Below are positions 63,885 through 64,000 of a stretch of DNA of 64,000 bases, one piece after another. Source of the DNA: a virus. The position numbers and the translations under genes are program-made. The notes under the pieces were generated by a model, which saw nothing but the letters and a program-made list of their open reading frames with translations, was not told the origin of the DNA and made no database searches. The stretch is from positions 52,793 to 116,792 of IMG/VR virus record IMGVR_UViG_3300017783_000003; one strand, written 5' to 3'. Numbering within the stretch: the first letter of the stretch is position 1; each line of letters opens with the position of its first letter.

Positions 63885-64000
63885 ATGAAGTCTTTTAAAC
63901 AACTACGTATTGACATCACCGAAGCAGCAGCCTGGACCAAAAAGTCAGGAAAGAAAAAGTCTGGAGGACTCAACGAAAAAGGACGAAAGTCTTACGAAAA
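63885..64000 (+). CDS. probable head-targeted protein, truncated at window end
   Basis: MKSFKQLRIDITEAAAWTKKSGKKKSGGLNEKGRKSYE; MKSF..ITE resembles a T4 capsid-targeting leader. Confidence 0.65.
   Translation, partial: MKSFKQLRIDITEAAAWTKKSGKKKSGGLNEKGRKSYE

Noticed and set aside
1-64000. tRNA/rRNA genes, introns, inteins, homing endonucleases, integrase or transposase
   Set aside because: No recognisable signatures by eye; giant ORFs are uninterrupted and their inserts look like structural domains. tRNAscan/Infernal would be needed to exclude them formally

Overview
This window is 64 kb of a T4-like marine cyanophage (cyanomyovirus) genome, with essentially all genes on the + strand. Positions 1-12.6 kb are an early/accessory region. 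It holds the C-terminal part of a DEAH helicase, a NodU/CmcH carbamoyltransferase, 2OG-Fe(II) oxygenases, an AbrB-like protein, a GP88-like protein, two KTSC-like proteins and many small ORFs. These are driven by sigma70-type promoters, most carrying a 7-N8-7 palindrome at a fixed distance upstream. The region also has non-coding stretches with DnaA-box-like sites and two 24-bp tandem arrays. Positions 12.9-64 kb are the late virion module with TAAATA late promoters: PAAR, gp25, gp6, a 3653-aa gp7, gp8, a VrlC-like protein, fibre-like proteins of 1275 and 3491 aa, three Gly-rich fibre-tip paralogs, a flavin halogenase plus 2OG-oxygenase cassette, then gp13, gp14, gp15 and gp16. The most striking observation is two helical domains in the 3491-aa fibre protein that resemble phycobiliprotein subunits and keep both bilin-attachment cysteine motifs, raising the untested possibility of a chromophorylated, light-responsive virion. 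All calls are by-eye motif recognition; no searches were run.
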